From NCBI GenBank assembly GCA_964433785.1, contig CAYSTL010000002.1:2193-66192 (forward strand): DNA of 64,000 bases, in the 5' to 3' direction. Under the pieces are notes generated by a model that made no database searches, was not told the DNA's origin, and worked only from the letters and a program-made list of their open reading frames with translations. Numbering within the stretch: position 1 is the first letter of the stretch; each line of letters opens with the position of its first letter. Positions 11,911-22,039 of this stretch are shown piece after piece. This DNA comes from an uncultured Thermoplasmata archaeon (GTDB lineage: Archaea > Thermoplasmatota > Thermoplasmata > Halarchaeoplasmatales > Halarchaeoplasmataceae). The position numbers and the translations under genes were made by a program.

Positions 11911-12933
11911 ATGGGAGTGGGTATAAGCGATATAATCGTCAGTGAGGAGATCGGCCTCGACGATCTGGAAGATAGGGTGATAGCGGTAGATGCTTACAAT
12001 ATAATATATCAATTTTTATCTAGTATAAGACAGAGAGACGGTACCCCGTTGAAGGATTCTGAAGGTCGAGTGACCTCTCATCTTTCCGGACTGCTTTACA
12101 GAAATGCCAATCTAATCGAGAATGGGATCAAACTGGTGTACGTTTTCGATGGTAAACCAGATGTTATGAAAGAGGGAACTCTCGAGAAAAGGAAGGAAAG
12201 GAAGAAGAAGGCGAAAAAAGAATATGAAAAAGCTCTCGAAAAAGGTGACCTGGAAAAAGCAAGGACCAAAGCTCAACAGACTTCAAGGATGGATTCTGAG
12301 ATCGAAGAGAGCAGTAAAGAGTTATTGGATTTATTGGGTATCCCGTGGGTCCAGGCTCCAGCAGAAGGTGAAAGTCAGGCAACCTATATGGTCAAAAATG
12401 GTGATGCATGGGGAGTTGGCAGTCAGGATTACGATTCGTTATTGTTAGGTGCTCCTAGATTGATCAAAAATCTGACCATAACCGGCAAAAGAAAACTGCC
12501 CGGAAGAAACGAATATAAGGAGATAACTCCTGAATTGATCATCCTGGAAGATGCGTTGGAAGAACTCGAGATAACTCGAGAACAGTTGATCGATATAGGG
12601 ATACTTTGTGGCACCGATTATAATGAGGGAGTCAGAGGGATCGGTCCGAAAAGAGGACTCAAATACGTAAAGAAATACGGTGATCTCGAAGGTGTTTTGG
12701 AAGAGAAGGAAAAAGAGGTCAATAACTATGAAGATATCAAAGAACTGTTCTTGAATCCAAAGATCACCGAAGATTATTCGATAGAATTCAAGAAGATAGA
12801 TGTGAGTGGTATCAAGGATTTCTTGTGTGATAAGCACGAATTTTCGGAATCAAGAGTACAAAGCGCCCTAGATAAAATAAAAGAAGGTAGAGATAAAAGT
12901 AAGCAGATGAGTTTGAGTTCTTTCGGTGACTAA
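11911..12933 (+). CDS. fen: Flap endonuclease 1 (FEN-1)
   Basis: N-terminal 'MGVxISDII...IAVDAYNxIYQFL' XPG-N signature, then an I-domain and helical arch. 340 aa, typical of archaeal FEN-1. Confidence 0.85.
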   Translation: MGVGISDIIVSEEIGLDDLEDRVIAVDAYNIIYQFLSSIRQRDGTPLKDSEGRVTSHLSGLLYRNANLIENGIKLVYVFDGKPDVMKEGTLEKRKERKKKAKKEYEKALEKGDLEKARTKAQQTSRMDSEIEESSKELLDLLGIPWVQAPAEGESQATYMVKNGDAWGVGSQDYDSLLLGAPRLIKNLTITGKRKLPGRNEYKEITPELIILEDALEELEITREQLIDIGILCGTDYNEGVRGIGPKRGLKYVKKYGDLEGVLEEKEKEVNNYEDIKELFLNPKITEDYSIEFKKIDVSGIKDFLCDKHEFSESRVQSALDKIKEGRDKSKQMSLSSFGD

Positions 12934-15900
12934 CAGAACTCATCTAGACTTGGTGTGGATACCTTATCATTTTGGAATAAAGATTCGATCTGCTCCTCTA
13001 ACTGTTTTACTCTCTGGTAAAGGTAATCTGGTACATCGTACCTTTCTACCATCTCTAAGGAGTGATTGAGGTACTTTTTTACACTCCCTTCGTGTATGGT
13101 GAGAGTTAGATTTCCACCACAGTCACACTCACCGCTTAAAGGTATCCTTCTATATTTTGTATTACATTTTGTACATCTGATGGTTTGGACTCCAAATTTA
13201 TTGAAATTACCGATCAGATCGGGGATGAAATGATCGCTGATAACCCTGCTTACAACATCCGCAGTATCCACTGCTCTGATAAGATCAGCCACTTTTATCT
13301 GGGCGTTCATCTTATCTGTCATCTTACCCAATCTGGTGTATTTACTCATCGTAGGGCCTTCTGCGATATCATCAGTGTCGTGAGTGTATCCAAATCCTTC
13401 ATACTGACTCTCAGTCTCTAATCTATCCTCTGCTATCTCCATAATATCTGATAATTCCTTAGGATCCGGATAATCCAATGATCGTTCATAAAATTCTAGA
13501 GGATATTTCCAAATAGTGTCTACATTGTGGGCCTCGCTGTCTATCTCTGAAGGATCTATCCTTGTGGTCAAAACTAGTGGGGCATCCATTAAACCGCCTC
13601 TTTTTTGAGGGAGGAACTCTTCTGAAAAGTTGAGTAGTCCATCTAATAGAAGCATTATACAGTCTTCATCCCCATCACAATTTCTTCTTTTAGCTGCATG
13701 GAAATATGGATGAGCATATCCAGCCCTTCCTTTATGGAAACCTATCAAGCGACCAAGAACACCGCCCGAAGTGTGTGGTGCGAGACCTACAATAAGTTCT
13801 CCGATCATATCTTCCTTTCTTTCAGCGTCGTAATATGAGTTAAGACCATAATACTTCTCTAACAGATCGTCTACGAATTTAGCCACCTTTACGATATACT
13901 GTCCAGCACTATTTGAGGCGATGAAATCCTGAACCTTTAGCTCCAACATCTGGTTCTCATCTTTCAGTTCGTCACCATGGATGTCTTTTTTATAACCCAA
14001 TTCCTTCGCCTTTTCAACTGACAGACCGATCTCTTTAGGTTTAAAATGGGTTACAGGCAGATCGGTCATATCGTACCGAGTAGTTCCATCTTTGAACACG
14101 TAGATACCGTACTTGGCCCTTAATATGCCCTTTTCAAGTGCTTCAGGTGTTTTAGTTTCAGTCATCAGACCTTTCACGCCCTTGATCTTCTGTACATTAC
14201 CACCCTCACCTAGAGTGGAAAGAGCCTGTCTAAATATATTCTTCATAGGTATCTTCTGTTCCTTGGGCTCATCAATTATCTCACATCTACCATCACAGGA
14301 ACATCTTACTGTAGCACTGGTCCTTCCACATTCTTTACATCGTCTAGCACTTATGTCTACTTCTATTACACCCTCATCTACAGCTTTTCTTACCAATCGT
14401 TGGGAACCACCAGCATCACCTACAGGGAAAAGTGTGTGGACAGGTGGGCTCATCTTCCGTTCCTTCGCCTTCTCAGGTCTAGCCATCCTAGAACCTATAG
14501 TAGTAGGACCTTTACTTCTTATCGGGACTCCAGCCAGATGAGAAATGTATTCCATCGGATCTTCCTTCTCACTTTCTCCAATCTTTTCTAAAGATTCTAA
14601 GTCCAATCCCAATGTGAATAATAACGAACGATACTCCTCAACGATGATCTTTTCATTTTCTAAAGTATGAGGTATGCCTATCTGCTCCATTATCTCTTTG
14701 ATCTCTTCTTTATTTTTGATGTGTAGATCATCATTTAGATCAGCTTCTTCAGAGATCCATTGCCTCAATTCTTCGATTTCTTCTACATCGACATAATCCC
14801 AAAAATAGATGTATTTTGGATGTAGAGGATATCCTTTCTTTTTGGAGAGCTCTACTGCCTTTTCATAATCTACTTCTTCCTGTTTTATGTCCTCATCCAC
14901 TTCCTGAACCCACCATTCGTGGCAGTAAGCCCCCGGAACTAAAGGATGGTTGTTCTCAACGAATTCACCATACGGGATCAGTATCTCCCCGATATCTATT
15001 ATCTCTTTTACTTTGAGACTAATCTCTTTCGCCTCTTCTGATGTATCTACCCTTTTTACAGTTCCATCGTGAAGTAATACTGTAGGACCTTCGATCGTAT
15101 CACAAGGAGTGACCGCTCCAGCTTTACCCGGCCTTTCGATCTTTACCTGAGTGCCCAGGGCCATGAACTCTTCGGTCAGGTACATGGTTGCTGGATTTAT
15201 TGCGATAGATGCAAGACCACCGGTCCTAGCTCTTCCGTACCTTAGTCGAAAACCACCTTTTCTACTTGGGTGTCCAAAAACTGGTCTTCCTGCTATCGTC
15301 TCTTTTATATATTTATAATTGGGTTTTATACCCTTATCTTCCTCCCCATCTTCTTCATCAGATTTACTCTTTCCAGACATGTACTTATCGATGTACTCAT
15401 CTAAGAAATCCCAGCCGATACCTAATTTATCGACGTGCTTCTTCAACTTTTGAGCCTTAAGGCACATGCCTTCAGCGATGACAAGACATGCCCCACCTCT
15501 CACTCTATTTGTATCGACTCTAGGAAGATCTCTGTTACCAGATACCTCGGTATCAGTACCCTCACCACTTATACTAACAGGACAACCATCAACTATCAAA
15601 GATATCTCTTCATTCGAGGGGGTGTATTGAAGTCCTAAAGATTTCTTGTATAGAGGTATCTCTTCCTTGAACCTCTGTATCTCGTCCTGGTTGGCTTTGA
15701 ATTCTCCGATGCCTAATTCTCTTCTTACTACATCCGCTATCAGAACACTCATCGCCTGTCCAGTTCCACCAGCCGATCGTATCGGGCCAGCAAAAGAAAG
15801 TTCGACGTAATTACTCCCATCAAAATTCTCTCGGATCTCTACTCCACCGATACCTTCCAGTGGTGCAACAAGAATACCTTCAGTTAGTACTGCTAAACCT

Positions 15901-16205
15901 ATCCTAACAGCATCTTCCAGTCTTTCGCTGACACTACCTTCATCTCTAGATGCAACCTCTTTAGCGATACGTATCGAAACTTCTTCCCTATCGTATTTTT
16001 CACTAAGTTCTCTTATCTTTTCAGCAGTATTCTTAACTCCGGTCAGTTCCTGAGCTCTCAGTGCAAGATCCTCTGCTCTCGGGATCTCGATCTCAGTTGT
16101 AGGATCATATCCCCTACCCCTAGCTTTTTCAGCTAACTGATAACATCTCTCTGCTTCGTCTTCCAGATCTTGGAAATATTCTTTCATCTCATCAGAAAAT
16201 TTCAA
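12930..16205 (-). CDS. polC: DNA polymerase II (PolD) large catalytic subunit DP2; no intein
   Basis: 1091 aa. The N-terminus 'EYFQDLEDEAERCYQLAEKARGRGYDPTTEIEIP' and the Cys-cluster zinc-binding modules (CKECG...CSCDG, CTKCNTKYRR...CDCGG) match archaeal DP2. The ORF-track start is TTG; an in-frame ATG at 16187 is an alternative. It converges on fen with a 4-nt stop/stop overlap. Confidence 0.9.
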   Translation of the reverse strand: MKFSDEMKEYFQDLEDEAERCYQLAEKARGRGYDPTTEIEIPRAEDLALRAQELTGVKNTAEKIRELSEKYDREEVSIRIAKEVASRDEGSVSERLEDAVRIGLAVLTEGILVAPLEGIGGVEIRENFDGSNYVELSFAGPIRSAGGTGQAMSVLIADVVRRELGIGEFKANQDEIQRFKEEIPLYKKSLGLQYTPSNEEISLIVDGCPVSISGEGTDTEVSGNRDLPRVDTNRVRGGACLVIAEGMCLKAQKLKKHVDKLGIGWDFLDEYIDKYMSGKSKSDEEDGEEDKGIKPNYKYIKETIAGRPVFGHPSRKGGFRLRYGRARTGGLASIAINPATMYLTEEFMALGTQVKIERPGKAGAVTPCDTIEGPTVLLHDGTVKRVDTSEEAKEISLKVKEIIDIGEILIPYGEFVENNHPLVPGAYCHEWWVQEVDEDIKQEEVDYEKAVELSKKKGYPLHPKYIYFWDYVDVEEIEELRQWISEEADLNDDLHIKNKEEIKEIMEQIGIPHTLENEKIIVEEYRSLLFTLGLDLESLEKIGESEKEDPMEYISHLAGVPIRSKGPTTIGSRMARPEKAKERKMSPPVHTLFPVGDAGGSQRLVRKAVDEGVIEVDISARRCKECGRTSATVRCSCDGRCEIIDEPKEQKIPMKNIFRQALSTLGEGGNVQKIKGVKGLMTETKTPEALEKGILRAKYGIYVFKDGTTRYDMTDLPVTHFKPKEIGLSVEKAKELGYKKDIHGDELKDENQMLELKVQDFIASNSAGQYIVKVAKFVDDLLEKYYGLNSYYDAERKEDMIGELIVGLAPHTSGGVLGRLIGFHKGRAGYAHPYFHAAKRRNCDGDEDCIMLLLDGLLNFSEEFLPQKRGGLMDAPLVLTTRIDPSEIDSEAHNVDTIWKYPLEFYERSLDYPDPKELSDIMEIAEDRLETESQYEGFGYTHDTDDIAEGPTMSKYTRLGKMTDKMNAQIKVADLIRAVDTADVVSRVISDHFIPDLIGNFNKFGVQTIRCTKCNTKYRRIPLSGECDCGGNLTLTIHEGSVKKYLNHSLEMVERYDVPDYLYQRVKQLEEQIESLFQNDKVSTPSLDEFC

Positions 16206-16317
16206 TTCAGGCGTACTAATACCTCCATTCCCGCGATAGATTTTGGCGTATTCATCCGGTAAATCATGTCATACAATACGTGATTATTAATTTTACTGGT
16301 CACCTCTATTTTTAGAA

Positions 16318-17202
16318 ATGAAAGTTGATAAATACCTGTTTATTTTTTGTTTATATATGCCTTATAGAAGTGCAGAGGATATTATCACTGACAATAATAA
16401 AGGTGCTGCAGAACTGATGGAAGATATGGGTGAGAGTATCCTTGAACTGGATAAAAGTGAAGCAAGGGAATACGTTATGAAAATTGTAAAAAATCGGCAC
16501 AGCATGACCCCTTTAATCAACATTTCTAATGTATTTTTTACCGCTGTGGAAAGGGATGAGGATTTCTCCGATGAAGTGAAAAATTATATGAAAGAAGTCA
16601 AGGACTCTAAAAATTATACGATCGAAAATATGAAATCGATCACAGATAAAAACAACTACGATCATATAGCTACGTTCAGCTACAGTTCGACTGTACTCGA
16701 TGCAATAAAAGATATCAGTAAAGCCACCGTGTTCGAATCGAGACCACTCAACGAAGGAAGAAAGACTGCAAAATTGTTAAGATCAAATGGTATCGATGTT
16801 GAATACTGGATAGATGCTGCCATGCTGAAGGGTTTAGAGAGATGCGATGCTGTAATAATAGGGGCCGATACGATATCATATGACGGATTTCTAAACAAAG
16901 TCGGTTCATATCCTTTAGTTATATCAGCAAAAGAAAGAGAAATACCTGTATATGTTGTAAGTGATGAATCCAAACTGCTGCCCAAAGAATTGAAGATGTC
17001 AAAAGGTGAAAATCATCCATCAATCGAAGTCTGGGATACGATCAAGGAAATAAAAGTTCAAAATGAATATTTCGAAAGTGTTCCACTGAAATATGCTTCA
17101 TTCGTTATCGGTGAATGTGTGTTAGGTAAAGATAAGATAATAGACAAAGTAAAGAAAAAAGAGGTTTCAGATCTATTAAAGAGGATCTATCCTTTAAGGT
17201 GA
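16318..17202 (+). CDS. eIF-2B alpha/beta/delta family protein (ribose-1,5-bisphosphate isomerase / aIF-2B-like)
   Basis: C-terminal 'AVIIGADTISYDGFLNKVGSYPLVISAKEREIPVYVVSDESKL' matches the IF-2B family core (GADxVxxNG..NKIGT...A..A....PFYV). The true start may be an internal Met near 16360. Confidence 0.55.
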   Translation: MKVDKYLFIFCLYMPYRSAEDIITDNNKGAAELMEDMGESILELDKSEAREYVMKIVKNRHSMTPLINISNVFFTAVERDEDFSDEVKNYMKEVKDSKNYTIENMKSITDKNNYDHIATFSYSSTVLDAIKDISKATVFESRPLNEGRKTAKLLRSNGIDVEYWIDAAMLKGLERCDAVIIGADTISYDGFLNKVGSYPLVISAKEREIPVYVVSDESKLLPKELKMSKGENHPSIEVWDTIKEIKVQNEYFESVPLKYASFVIGECVLGKDKIIDKVKKKEVSDLLKRIYPLR

Positions 17203-18453
17203 TATCGGACTTTCCTTTTCTCTCATCTCTTCCTTTTCCCGTTTCTTCTGTTCGATCTCTTCTTTGATCACTTCGCCTAGATGTTTGATGCCTTCTTTTA
17301 TTTCCTCTTCAGAAGAGTGCGTGAAGTTGATCCTCATCGTGTTATATCCTCTATCTTCCACAAAGAAGGCATCACCGACTACGTAGGCTACATTTTTCTG
17401 AACTGCCTTATCGAACATCTCTCTTGTGTTCACGTACTTAGGAAGCTTTGCCCAGATGAACATCCCGCCATTAGGTCGGTTCCATTCAGCCTCTTCTGGG
17501 AAGTGCTCTTCCATAGCTTCCAACATGGTCAATCTTTTTTTGTTGTAAAGTTTCTTTATCTTCTCAAGGTGCTCATCTAAAATACCTTCAGAAACGTATT
17601 TCCAAGCAACATATTGACCGAATGGATTGGTACACAGATCGGTGGCCTGTTTGGCTATGACCATCTTGTCTATGAGTTCCTCTGGACCAGTACACCATGC
17701 TATCCTGAATCCTGGTGCTAGAATCTTTGAAAAGGTCTCCAATCTGACCACTCTATCGTCATCGTCGATTGACATCAGGTGAGGCATCGGTTCCCCTTCA
17801 TATCTTAGATGTGAGTAGGGAGAATCTTCTACTACCAATATATCATACTTCTCAGCTATATCTATCAATCTATGTCTCTTTTCGGCAGACATGGTAGCTC
17901 CCGAAGGGTTCTGGAAAGTTGGAACAACATAGATAAACTTCGGCTTCCTACCCATCTTAACTAATTGTCCAACCTTTTTATCAAGCATGTCCATATCCAT
18001 ACCATCTTCTTCGACCCTCACGGTTTCCATATTAGCTTCAAACGCTCTGAAAGCTCCTGTTGCACCGAGATAACTCGGTGATCCAACTATGATCGTATCA
18101 CCAGGGTCCAATAGAACTTTACTCAACAATTCTAACCCTTGCTGTGAGCCTGCTGTTATGACTATATTATCCCTCTCTACAGGCATCCCTCTATTGGTCA
18201 TCATCTTTGCCAATTCATCTCTTAAATCATTCACTCCCTCTGTTGAACCGTATTGTAAAATTTTATCTCCCATCTCATCCAGCAGGTCGTTTATTATTTC
18301 CCTAGTTTCCTCGGTAGGGAAAGCTTTAGGATTTGGTAATCCGCCTGCAAATGAAATCAAACCCGGTTTTTGTATCAATTTGAGTAATTCTCTAATCTCT
18401 GAGGCCTTCATCTTGCCTGCTCTCTTCGAGAATATGCGATTATAATCTACCAT
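17194..18453 (-). CDS. PLP-dependent aminotransferase, class I/II (AspC/2-aminoadipate/kynurenine aminotransferase-like), with a Lys/Glu-rich C-terminal tail
   Basis: 419 aa. N-terminal 'KASEIRELLK...ISFAGGLPNP' and 'GSPSYLGATGAFRAFE' are typical of fold-type I aminotransferases. The last ~25 aa are KE-rich low complexity. Confidence 0.65.
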   Translation of the reverse strand: MVDYNRIFSKRAGKMKASEIRELLKLIQKPGLISFAGGLPNPKAFPTEETREIINDLLDEMGDKILQYGSTEGVNDLRDELAKMMTNRGMPVERDNIVITAGSQQGLELLSKVLLDPGDTIIVGSPSYLGATGAFRAFEANMETVRVEEDGMDMDMLDKKVGQLVKMGRKPKFIYVVPTFQNPSGATMSAEKRHRLIDIAEKYDILVVEDSPYSHLRYEGEPMPHLMSIDDDDRVVRLETFSKILAPGFRIAWCTGPEELIDKMVIAKQATDLCTNPFGQYVAWKYVSEGILDEHLEKIKKLYNKKRLTMLEAMEEHFPEEAEWNRPNGGMFIWAKLPKYVNTREMFDKAVQKNVAYVVGDAFFVEDRGYNTMRINFTHSSEEEIKEGIKHLGEVIKEEIEQKKREKEEMREKESPISP

Positions 18454-18562
18454 TTTATCAGCACATTACCGATAAAGTAGTGTACATTAATATTTTCGGT
18501 CTATTTACCTCAACATTTATAATTGATCTAGATGATATTTTAAATTAGAGGTTGTGAGAGAT

Positions 18563-18742
18563 ATGGAAATGACAGGGGTTTGTCATATTTGTGGTAAACC
18601 TGCCACACGATCATGCAGTATATGTGGAATGATGACCTGTGATGAACATCTCAAGAACGGTATATGTTCAGAATGCAGAATGGGTAGAAAGATAGATAGA
18701 GAAAAGGATGAAAAAAGTCTGCAGGGTGAAGTATTTACCTGA
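18563..18742 (+). CDS. Small zinc-ribbon protein (59 aa), hypothetical
   Basis: 'CHICG...CSICG...CDEH...CSEC' gives three CxxC pairs. ATG at 18563 has GAGGT about 11 nt upstream. The ORF-track start at 18554 is GTG. Its 3' end overlaps the valS stop by 8 nt. Confidence 0.5.
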   Translation: MEMTGVCHICGKPATRSCSICGMMTCDEHLKNGICSECRMGRKIDREKDEKSLQGEVFT

Positions 18743-21365
18743 TCTTTTCTAATAGGATGATGCCACTATCAAACTGTACAGATTCTACTTCTTCACCCTT
18801 ATGAACCTTAGATTCCCTGACATCAACATCTTCTGTAGTTATAGTGTGAGTCTTGTCGGCTAAATCGATCTCGTATCCACCTTTTTCCAATGAGTTTGAA
18901 ATTTCTTGAGCATCAGCTTTCTTCAATTCCTCAACGATATCATCTGCTTTTTCCTTGAATTTAGGCCCTATAGAAGAGTAATCTGGTATGATCTCTGCTG
19001 CTTTCTTCTCAAGTTCGTCGGAATCTATAAGGTTGAGCTTATCTGCTTTGACAGTGTTCAAAATATCCTCTTCATTTTCCTTGATACCAGAAGAATTACT
19101 GATTATCCTAATCTCACCTATCTCTTCGTTCAAAGGTATTCCTTTTTCAGATTTCCAGTTCCTGATCTCAGCTATGATGTTTTTGATAGTCTCACCCTGT
19201 TTCTCTGCTTCCTCGTCTATCATTATCTCTTCTGGCCAATCTTCGATGTGTACACTCTTCTTATTTTCGTATTCTTTATAATATCTATCATAAACCTCTT
19301 CTGTTATGAAGCACATGAACGGTGCTAACATCTTTGTTATGCCTAAACCGACTGTATAGAGTGTGTATTTCACTGCTTCATCTTCTTTTTTGTAGATCCT
19401 ATGTTTTATCATCTCTATATAATGGTCTGCAAATACATGCCATAAGAAGTACTCTATATCTTTCAGTGCCTTGTCGTATCGGTAGTCTTCCATGTATTCC
19501 CCTATATCTCTTATCAACTTACTGTACTTGCTCAACAACCATTTATCTACTGTTTTTAATTCTGAATAATCATCCACTTTATCCTCGATAGAATTCCTTA
19601 TAAATTTTTGAAGATTCCAGTACTTCGTCCTTATCTTCTGCCCTCTCTTCAACCATTTCTTTTCGAATTCTAAATCCTCTCCAGGTTTATTGGAACCGCT
19701 CATGTATCTTATAGCGTCAGCACCATATTCATCAGCTATATCTTCTGGATCGATTATTATCCCCTTCGAAGAGGAGAATGCTTTTCCACCTGGGAGCATC
19801 AGATATCCATGTATCATTATGTCATCCCATGGCTTCTCATCAGAATGGAACAAACTCTTTACGATCGTATTGAACGCCCAGAACGTGATGATATCATGAG
19901 ATTGAGGGCGGAGACTGAAGGGGAAAACTTTGTCGAATAATTCGGAGTCGTTTATCCAGTTTGTTGAGATATAAGGCGTTAATGAGGACGTAGCCCATGT
20001 ATCGAGAACGTCCTCTTCAGGTTCAAACTCATCACCACCACAGTTTTCACACTTCCCTATGGGATCATCGACCAATGGATTTACAGGTAACTGTTCATCT
20101 TTAGCTAATTTTACTTCTCCACAATCTTTACAGTACCAGACCGGGAAAGGTATACCATGGTATCTCTGCCTGGATATACACCAGTCCCATCTGAGTGATT
20201 TTACCCAATTATCGTATCTTACCTTCATGTGTTCTGGATACCAATTCAAATCCTCGCCAATACCTAAATATTTATCTCTCAGGTCTAAATATTTGATGAA
20301 CCACTGTTTAGTTACTAGGAATTCTATAGGAGTATCACACCTTTCATGAACATTGACGTCGTGAACTATCTCCCATTGTTCTCCTAGCTTATCTTCCTCT
20401 TTAAGGTCCTCGATAATTCTTTCTCTTGCTTCTTCTACATCCAGTCCTGAATATTTACCGGCTTTATCTGTCATATGCCCAGTTTCATCTATTGCTATCC
20501 TCAGAGGTAGGTCGTGGGCATACCACCAATCGATATCTGTTTGATCACCGAAGGTACAGCACATGACAATGCCCGTTCCAGTCTCCATGTCCACTTTTTC
20601 ATCTTCTATTATCGGAACTTCCTGGCCAAACAAAGGTATCTTTGCAGTCTTACCGACTAGATGTTTGTTCTCTTCATCTTCAGGATGTACGAAGACTGCA
20701 ACGCATGCTGGAAGTAGCTCAGGTCTTGTGGTAGATATCGTTATCTGCCTACCATCTTCTAGGTCGAAGTAAATGTTATTGAACTTGCCTTCCTTTTCTA
20801 ACTCATCTGTTTCGACCTGTGAAATGGCTGTCTCACAGTGTGGACACCATAGAGTCGGAGCTTCCTTTCTATATTCCCTACCCATCTTATATAATTCGAT
20901 AAAAGATTTCTGCGATGTTCTCCTCGAATCTTCATCTATGGTTCGATAGAAGATATCGTAATCTGGGAAAGTACCTACTCTTCTCCATTTTCTTTCAAGA
21001 TCATCCTCTAATTTCTTACTCTCCTCTAAACATAACTCGATAAACCTTTCACGGCCTACATCCTTAGGATCCACACCTGTCTCATTTTTTACGTATAATT
21101 CTGTAGCGATACCATTATCGTCAAATCCCCATGGATAGAACACATTGTAGCCCTGCATCCTTTTGTATCTCGCTATTATATCCATCTGAGCATATGAAAA
21201 AGCATGACCTATATGCATCCTACCTGAAATAGTAGGTGGTGGTGTATCTATTGAAAAGATGGGGGCATCTGAATCTCTGTCGAACTTGTAGATATCACTA
21301 TCTTCCCATCTATCCAGCCATTTCTTCTCGATCTCAACGAATTCTTCTGTTCCATAGGAAGGCAT
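18735..21365 (-). CDS. valS: Valyl-tRNA synthetase
   Basis: 876 aa class I aaRS. 'DTPPPTISGRMHIGHAFSYAQMDIIARYKRMQGYNVFYPWGFDDNG' closely matches the archaeal ValRS HIGH region. Editing and anticodon-binding domains follow in the expected order. Confidence 0.85.
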   Translation of the reverse strand: MPSYGTEEFVEIEKKWLDRWEDSDIYKFDRDSDAPIFSIDTPPPTISGRMHIGHAFSYAQMDIIARYKRMQGYNVFYPWGFDDNGIATELYVKNETGVDPKDVGRERFIELCLEESKKLEDDLERKWRRVGTFPDYDIFYRTIDEDSRRTSQKSFIELYKMGREYRKEAPTLWCPHCETAISQVETDELEKEGKFNNIYFDLEDGRQITISTTRPELLPACVAVFVHPEDEENKHLVGKTAKIPLFGQEVPIIEDEKVDMETGTGIVMCCTFGDQTDIDWWYAHDLPLRIAIDETGHMTDKAGKYSGLDVEEARERIIEDLKEEDKLGEQWEIVHDVNVHERCDTPIEFLVTKQWFIKYLDLRDKYLGIGEDLNWYPEHMKVRYDNWVKSLRWDWCISRQRYHGIPFPVWYCKDCGEVKLAKDEQLPVNPLVDDPIGKCENCGGDEFEPEEDVLDTWATSSLTPYISTNWINDSELFDKVFPFSLRPQSHDIITFWAFNTIVKSLFHSDEKPWDDIMIHGYLMLPGGKAFSSSKGIIIDPEDIADEYGADAIRYMSGSNKPGEDLEFEKKWLKRGQKIRTKYWNLQKFIRNSIEDKVDDYSELKTVDKWLLSKYSKLIRDIGEYMEDYRYDKALKDIEYFLWHVFADHYIEMIKHRIYKKEDEAVKYTLYTVGLGITKMLAPFMCFITEEVYDRYYKEYENKKSVHIEDWPEEIMIDEEAEKQGETIKNIIAEIRNWKSEKGIPLNEEIGEIRIISNSSGIKENEEDILNTVKADKLNLIDSDELEKKAAEIIPDYSSIGPKFKEKADDIVEELKKADAQEISNSLEKGGYEIDLADKTHTITTEDVDVRESKVHKGEEVESVQFDSGIILLEKIR

Positions 21366-21463
21366 GGTGCGTACTAAATTGTATTAAGATTTTAAATTTT
21401 CGGAAAAGTTTGCAGACATAAAAACAGTTATAAGAGAAAAAGAGATTATGATATTTGTTATAA

Positions 21464-22039
21464 ATGAAACTGACCGAGAAAGAAATAAAAAATATAAAAG
21501 ATATGCATGAAGAAGGGTTTTCACTCAATGAGATAGCTGAAGAATTGGAAAAAGACAAGGACGATTTTAAAAATCATATCATAAATGAAAAACTCCTCAG
21601 CGAGGAACTCAATGATTTATCTCTACAATCAAAAGCGTTCAAAATGTTCGACGAGGGAAAGGACGGAGTCGACCTCGTTAAAGAAGGTTACTGTACAGCA
21701 GCTGAAGCCGGAGTATTGATGGAGAAATATTCCGATCTATCAGAGGCGGAAGATGAATCGGAAAAGATAAAAGATATGCACAGGAAGATCTCCACCCAAG
21801 TGGGACTTTTGGGCAGCAGAGTAGCTAGATTGGAAGTCAAAATTATGAACGCTTTGCTACTGCCAAAAACATTCGAATGTCCATCCTGCGGTAATAAAGG
21901 AAAATATGAGGTCGGTGTTGTCTGTGATTCCTGCGGGAAAGTCACAACCTACATACCTGATGAGATCAAGGATAGTCTATCTGGAAAAATAGTAGATACT
22001 TCAGTATATGTTGGAAATTCCGATGAAGAAGAGGATTAA
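21464..22039 (+). CDS. Hypothetical protein with an N-terminal HTH-like segment, a coiled-coil middle and a C-terminal zinc ribbon
   Basis: 'KDMHEEGFSLNEIAEEL' resembles a sigma-region-4/transposase-type HTH. The C-terminus has 'CPSCG...CDSCG'. 191 aa, acidic. It converges on the DnaA-like gene with a 4-nt overlap. Confidence 0.45.
   Translation: MKLTEKEIKNIKDMHEEGFSLNEIAEELEKDKDDFKNHIINEKLLSEELNDLSLQSKAFKMFDEGKDGVDLVKEGYCTAAEAGVLMEKYSDLSEAEDESEKIKDMHRKISTQVGLLGSRVARLEVKIMNALLLPKTFECPSCGNKGKYEVGVVCDSCGKVTTYIPDEIKDSLSGKIVDTSVYVGNSDEEED

Noticed and set aside
12164-12837. Minus-strand ORFs 12164..12382, 12429..12614, 12445..12837 and plus-strand 12224..12448
   Set aside because: They are embedded in fen (11911..12933+), which has strong FEN-1 signatures. 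They are alternative-frame artefacts of the Lys/Glu-rich region.
12930-16205. Possible intein in PolD DP2
   Set aside because: At 1091 aa the protein is at the short end for DP2 and the sequence is collinear with intein-free homologues as I recall them. No Cys/Ser...His-Asn splice-junction block was evident.
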